Source: Frankiaceae bacterium | GTDB taxonomy: Bacteria > Actinomycetota > Actinomycetes > JAFAQI01 | DNA: 64,000 bases | Assembly: GCA_025929365.1 (NCBI GenBank) | Contig: JAICMG010000001.1 | Span: forward strand, 1,214 to 65,213 | Direction of reading: 5' to 3' | Part shown: positions 59,731-64,000 of the stretch, piece by piece | Numbering within the stretch: the stretch's first letter is position 1 | How the letters are laid out: each line of letters opens with the position of its first letter | The notes under the pieces: generated by a model | Databases searched by the model: none | What the model saw: only the letters and a program-made list of their open reading frames with translations | Told to the model about the DNA's origin: nothing | Program-made: the position numbers and the translations under genes

Positions 59731-61458
59731 CTACTGCTGCGGGCCACCCGGCAGGCTGAACGCCCATATGCCGTTGGCCTTGGACAACGGGTTGAGGGTG
59801 GCGCTCAACGGCGTTGCCTTGCACGGCCCTTGCACCGGTGCGGGCAGGTTGTCACAGGTCTTGAACTCGACGTCGCTGTCCGACGTTCCTGCTCCGACGA
59901 CCAACGAGCCGGCCGTGATCGCTGCGCCGGAGGACACCGGGGCCGTGAGCGGAAACGCCCACAACAGCGCGCCGGTCGCGGCGTTGTACGCCCGCAGCAC
60001 GTCGTCGGTAGCGCCGCTGTAGACGACCCCGTTCGCCGCGGTCGTCGGACCGTACGTCGGCGCCTGCACCTGCGCCCAGACCCGCCGGCCCGTCGTACCG
60101 CTGAAGCCCACCATCGGTGTCGCGAGGTCGAGGACGTTCCGGGTCGGTTGAAGCTTTTCTTCTCCGGCGACCTCGTCGAAGTAGACCGGCGTGTTGATGG
60201 CCCCGCTCCCGAACACATCCGGCCGGCCCGCGACCGGCAGCACCGCAGTTGCGCCCAGCAGCCCGCCGAGCGCGAACCCGGACTGCAGGTTGCCGCTACC
60301 GGTCTCCGCCCTGTTCCACAACAGCTTGCCGGTGTGGCGATCGACCACGTAGTAGTGCCCGCTCTTGTTCGCCTCACCGACGACCTGCTCACCGGAGGGC
60401 AACGTGAACAGCTGCGCCGAAGCGCCGAAGTCGTCGTCGGAGATGTCGTTGCGCGGGAAAGGCTGGTAGCTCCAGACGGGCTTGCCGGTCACGGCGGACA
60501 TCCCGATCATCGCCTGCGACAGCCACGTCCAGCGGTTCGCGTAGTTGTAGTGACCACCGCGCGGACAGCGCAGGTCCGAGCCATCGGGCGGGCACGGTGA
60601 TCCGCTGTTGTTGGGGCAGTCCGCCGTCCCGAAGTACAGCATCGCCCGCCGCGCGGGATCGCCTGCGCTCGGATCGAGCGAGAGCGCCGGCGAGGACCAC
60701 ACGTTGCCACAACCGTAGAGAGCGTGGTGGGTGTAGGTCTCAGGGTTGAAGTGCCAGACGACCTGACCGGTGGCCGCGCGCAGCTCCCACATGCCTTCGC
60801 CGACGTAGCCGCTGTCCTGGTTCGCGTCGCTGCCGAAGATGACGACCGGCCCGCCCGGCGCGCCGGACCACACCACCGGAGAGGACTCGACCTCGCCATC
60901 GTTCGTCGGATGACGCGGATCGAGGTTGACCGACCAGATCACGCGACGCCGGTCCTGTAGGTGCCGCCGAGATCCGTCGAGCGCGTACATGCTGTCACCG
61001 GCGCCGACGAACACCATCCGATGGCCGCCGACCGTCGCCACTGCTGCCGATGAGGTGATCGTGCCGTAGGACCCTTGGTGGTGGTCGAGGTGGCCGTCGG
61101 TGCGATGGCGGCCCAGCGTGGTTTGCCAGACCACCTTGCCGGTGCGAAGGTCCAGCGCATAGAACTCGCCATCCCAGGCACCGACGTACACCGTCCCGCC
61201 GACGACTGCGGGACTGGCGGTGATGACGTCGTTGGCGTGGAAGTACCAACGCGGTAGCAACCGGGAGACGTCCGACACACTCGGGGCCAGCGGGCAAGCC
61301 GTGGAGAAGGTGCGCGCCGGGTTCTGTCCGAACATCGGCCAGTCGCACCCGGCGCTGCCAGGGGCGGCAGACCCCTTGCCGAAGCTCGGCGACGCGATCA
61401 CCCCTGCGGCCAGCACCCCCGCAAGGAGCGCGACCCGCAGCCGCCGATGCCCACCCAC
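59731..61458 (-). CDS. secreted PQQ-like beta-propeller repeat protein
   Basis: Signal peptide from the GTG at 61458 (VGGHRRLRVALLAGVLAAGVIASP). Repeated …G.VY.G…DG.LYALD..TG…W… blades. C-terminal Cys pairs. Confidence 0.75.
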   Translation of the reverse strand: MGGHRRLRVALLAGVLAAGVIASPSFGKGSAAPGSAGCDWPMFGQNPARTFSTACPLAPSVSDVSRLLPRWYFHANDVITASPAVVGGTVYVGAWDGEFYALDLRTGKVVWQTTLGRHRTDGHLDHHQGSYGTITSSAAVATVGGHRMVFVGAGDSMYALDGSRRHLQDRRRVIWSVNLDPRHPTNDGEVESSPVVWSGAPGGPVVIFGSDANQDSGYVGEGMWELRAATGQVVWHFNPETYTHHALYGCGNVWSSPALSLDPSAGDPARRAMLYFGTADCPNNSGSPCPPDGSDLRCPRGGHYNYANRWTWLSQAMIGMSAVTGKPVWSYQPFPRNDISDDDFGASAQLFTLPSGEQVVGEANKSGHYYVVDRHTGKLLWNRAETGSGNLQSGFALGGLLGATAVLPVAGRPDVFGSGAINTPVYFDEVAGEEKLQPTRNVLDLATPMVGFSGTTGRRVWAQVQAPTYGPTTAANGVVYSGATDDVLRAYNAATGALLWAFPLTAPVSSGAAITAGSLVVGAGTSDSDVEFKTCDNLPAPVQGPCKATPLSATLNPLSKANGIWAFSLPGGPQQ

Positions 61459-61483
61459 GGCCGAACTTTCGACGCGCGCGGCG

Positions 61484-62395
61484 TCATCCCTTGCTGATGA
61501 CCTCGGCGCCGTACTGCTCGAGGGCCTCGATCGCGTGGTCGACGGAGTCGCCCGGCACACCGACGCCGTTCCAGGTGACCCCGATCTCGGCGAGCTCGGC
61601 GAGGCCCTCGAGCTGAGCGCCAGGGTCGAACGACGCCGTCCCCGGCGAGCCGCCGGAGTGGGTCATGAAGGAGACGTCGATCTCGGTGCGGTCGCGGCCG
61701 GCCGACTCCACCCGCCGCCAGAGGTCGTCGAGGAGGCGCCTCAGGTCCTCGGTGGTCTCCAGGACCGTCGTCTTCGCCGTGGCCGCCAACGTCGCCGGAG
61801 CCGGGAACGGGTTCCACCCGTCACCGAAGTCGGCGACGCGCTGCCGCGCCCGCGCGCCGTTGCCGCCGACCCAGATCGGCACCTTCAGCGGCTTCGGGTT
61901 CACGGTCTGGCCCACGGCGGAGAACGTCGAGCCGTCGAACGCGAAGTTGTCGGTCGACCAGACCCCTTTGAGGACTTCGATCGCTTCGTCGAACCGGTCG
62001 TTGCGCGCGTCGAAGTCCACCCCTACCGCGCGGTACTCCGCCTTCATGTAGCCGACGGCCGCCGACAGCGTGAACCGGCCGTTCGACAACGCATCGATCG
62101 TCGCGATCGATTTCGCCACGATGAACGGGTTGCGGTAGGGCAGCACGAGGATGTTCGGGATCAGCCGGATCCGATCCGTGACCGCCGCGACGAACGACAG
62201 CGCCGCGAACGGATCCAGCGCATCGTGCCCGCCGGCGTTCAGCCACCGATCCGACGGCGCCGGATGGTCGGTGAACCCGATGCCGTCGAAGCCGGCCGCC
62301 TCCGCGGTCTGCGCAAACCGCACGATCGCATCCTTCGTCACGAAGGCCGGGTCGTACGGATGCTTGACCAGCGGGTACGTCACCCAGTGTCTCAT
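61484..62395 (-). CDS. LLM-class (luciferase-like) flavin/F420-dependent oxidoreductase
   Basis: From the internal ATG the sequence reads MRHWVTYPLVKHPYDPAFV… and includes …IGFTDHPAPSDRWL…. TIM-barrel LLM signatures. The upstream 79 aa of the ORF are junk. Confidence 0.8.
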   Translation of the reverse strand: MRHWVTYPLVKHPYDPAFVTKDAIVRFAQTAEAAGFDGIGFTDHPAPSDRWLNAGGHDALDPFAALSFVAAVTDRIRLIPNILVLPYRNPFIVAKSIATIDALSNGRFTLSAAVGYMKAEYRAVGVDFDARNDRFDEAIEVLKGVWSTDNFAFDGSTFSAVGQTVNPKPLKVPIWVGGNGARARQRVADFGDGWNPFPAPATLAATAKTTVLETTEDLRRLLDDLWRRVESAGRDRTEIDVSFMTHSGGSPGTASFDPGAQLEGLAELAEIGVTWNGVGVPGDSVDHAIEALEQYGAEVISKG

Positions 62396-62405
62396 TGCGC
62401 GCGCT

Positions 62406-63215
62406 TCACGTGGTGGGACCCAAGACGTAGGTACCGGTCTCGGGATGGTGGTACCAGCCGCCGGAGGCGAACGTGCCGCCGTCGACGTGGATGGTCTGGC
62501 CGGTGACGTAGGCCGACAGATCGGACGCGAGAAACACCGCCGCGCCCGCCATCTCGTCGACGTGCCCGGCGCGCCCCATCGGCACCATGTGCCGGACGTG
62601 CTCGATGACGCCCGGGTGCGCGATCGACTCAAGTCCTTCCGTCATCGTGAAGTCGGGAGCGAGTGCGTTGACGCGGATCCCGTACGGCGCGAGCTCCAGC
62701 GCCGCGGTCTTCGTGTAGTTGATGACGCCGGCTTTGGCGGCGGCGTACGCCGCGTAGCCCGGCGCCGCCCGGGTGCCCTCGATCGAGGTCACGCTGATGA
62801 CGCTGCCACCGAGGCCGGCAGCGATCATCGCCTTCGCCACCCGCTGGGTGCAGAGCAGGACGTGACGCAGGTTTGCCTTGTAGAGCGCGTCCCAGCCGTT
62901 CTCCGACGTCTCGAGGAGGGGAGAGGAGAAGGCGCCGCCGGCGTTGTTCACGAGGATCGACGGCGTACCGAGCTCGTCGATCGTCCGAGTCAGCGCAGCT
63001 TCCACCGCGGCGGTGTCGCGCACATCCGCCGGAATCCCCAGCGCACCGATCTCACTCGCCGCCGACCCACAGGTCTCGGCGTCGCGTTCCCAGATCGCCA
63101 CCGATGCGCCGAAGGCCGCGAAGCCCGCGGCGATCCCCCGACCGATTCCCGACCCGGCGCCCGTGACGACCGCGACGCGACCGTCGAGGCGCGCGGCGTC
63201 GGCGGAAAGCGACAT
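62406..63215 (-). CDS. SDR-family oxidoreductase
   Basis: TGAGSGIGRG cofactor motif, NNAG, catalytic YAAAK. Confidence 0.9.
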   Translation of the reverse strand: MSLSADAARLDGRVAVVTGAGSGIGRGIAAGFAAFGASVAIWERDAETCGSAASEIGALGIPADVRDTAAVEAALTRTIDELGTPSILVNNAGGAFSSPLLETSENGWDALYKANLRHVLLCTQRVAKAMIAAGLGGSVISVTSIEGTRAAPGYAAYAAAKAGVINYTKTAALELAPYGIRVNALAPDFTMTEGLESIAHPGVIEHVRHMVPMGRAGHVDEMAGAAVFLASDLSAYVTGQTIHVDGGTFASGGWYHHPETGTYVLGPTT

Positions 63216-63278
63216 GCCGCGAAACCTAACGTGCCGACGATCATTGTGTGGACAACGGGCAGGTGTTTATGTAGCAGG

Positions 63279-63857
63279 ATGCCCATCATCGAGCCGATCC
63301 CGATCGAGCAGCTGCCACCGCGGTCCCGCGAGATCATCGAAGGAGGCGTCGCGGCCGGCCTCTACGCCACTCCCCTGCCGTTGCAGGTCTTCGCCTACAA
63401 CAGCCAACGCCTCGAGGCCACCCACCAGAAGCGCTTGGCCACCGGCCAGGGAACGCTGCTCGGCGGTCGGATCCTCGAGCTGCTGCGGATTCGCAGCGCG
63501 CAGCTCGGCGAGTGCCAGCCCTGCATGCAGTCGCGCAAGCACGACTCCATCACCGACGGCGATGTGGCGTGTCTCATCACCGAGGACCGCAGCGACATGG
63601 ACCCGCAGGAGCGCATGGCGCTTGAGTTCCTCGACCTGCTCTCGGCCGACCACCATGCACTCGACGCCGACTTCTACCGTGCGCTCAGCGAAGTCTTCAC
63701 GACCGCACAGATCGTCGAGCTCGGCTTCGCCTGCGCCGAGATGATGGGCGTGCACCGGTTCGTGCACACCCTCGACATCTTCGGCACCGAGACTCCCGCC
63801 CTGCCCTACTCGGCGGACCAGGTCGACTCCCGCCACGAGTCCTCCGTCCACGCATGA
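63279..63857 (+). CDS. carboxymuconolactone-decarboxylase / AhpD-like family protein
   Basis: About 192 aa from the ATG at 63279. Sequence …LRIRSAQLGECQPCMQSRKH… (CxxC in an AhpD-like fold). Confidence 0.6.
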   Translation: MPIIEPIPIEQLPPRSREIIEGGVAAGLYATPLPLQVFAYNSQRLEATHQKRLATGQGTLLGGRILELLRIRSAQLGECQPCMQSRKHDSITDGDVACLITEDRSDMDPQERMALEFLDLLSADHHALDADFYRALSEVFTTAQIVELGFACAEMMGVHRFVHTLDIFGTETPALPYSADQVDSRHESSVHA

Positions 63858-64000
63858 GCACCGTCTTCGTCACCGGCGGCACGGGTCTCGCCGGAGCCAA
63901 CGTCTGCCGGCAGCTCGTCGAACGCGGTGACGACGTGCGCGCGCTCGTCCGCAACCCCGACGACGCGACCGCGCTCTCCGCGATCGGGGTAGAGCTCGTC
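63854..64000 (+). CDS. NAD-dependent epimerase/dehydratase (NmrA/atypical SDR) family protein, 3'-truncated at the window edge
   Basis: MSTVFVTGGTGLAGANVCRQLVERGDDVRALVRNPDD… is a Rossmann-fold N-terminus. ATGA overlap with the preceding gene. Confidence 0.6.
   Translation, partial: MSTVFVTGGTGLAGANVCRQLVERGDDVRALVRNPDDATALSAIGVELV

Noticed and set aside
62151-63278. 5' portion of the 568-aa plus-strand ORF
   Set aside because: It is antisense to the LLM and SDR genes. Only the segment from the ATG at 63279 (AhpD-like) is plausible.

Overview
This is a high-GC (about 70%) actinobacterial chromosomal segment. I found no rRNA, CRISPR array, transposase or integrase. The rho-thrB DUF559 cassette and the PP2C / GAF-ANTAR module described below are the two candidates I consider most likely to be novel.

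Positions 1-19945 are a minus-strand housekeeping block whose gene order matches the Mycobacterium Rv1292-Rv1308 region, read as the reverse complement. The order is argS-lysA-hom-thrC-thrB, then an insertion, then rho-rpmE-prfA-prmC-Sua5/TsaC-LMW-PTP-wecA-atpZ/I-atpBEFHAG. atpG runs off the window start. The insertion is a 1.4-kb DUF559 (Vsr-like endonuclease fold) gene with strongly atypical codon usage. It is bracketed by two copies of a ~85-bp element with a perfect 18-19-bp hairpin stem.

Positions 20-64 kb are accessory and enriched for lipid and secreted-hydrolase functions. They include:
- a membrane desaturase with a downstream REC-only protein;
- a PucR regulator divergent from a reductase plus DesA3-like desaturase plus aldehyde dehydrogenase;
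- an acyl-CoA thioesterase, a P450, an acyl-CoA ligase and four alpha/beta hydrolases;
- two phosphoesterase/PLC paralogs, one fused to a beta-propeller and sitting next to a STAND-ATPase LuxR (LAL) regulator;
- furA-katG with a perfect Fur box;
- a TetR regulator with an AT-rich nested palindromic operator, and tRNA-Arg(CCG);
- a signalling module of a small membrane protein, a PP2C phosphatase and two divergent tandem GAF-ANTAR RNA-binding regulators, followed by a small Cys/His-rich ORF;
- a 5'-truncated, frameshifted LigD (PE-Pol) NHEJ remnant;
- two tandem-repeat arrays in convergent intergenic regions (3 x 15 bp and 4 x 32 bp).

Many long ORFs in the supplied track are antisense or out-of-frame artefacts of the high GC content and are listed under rejected.
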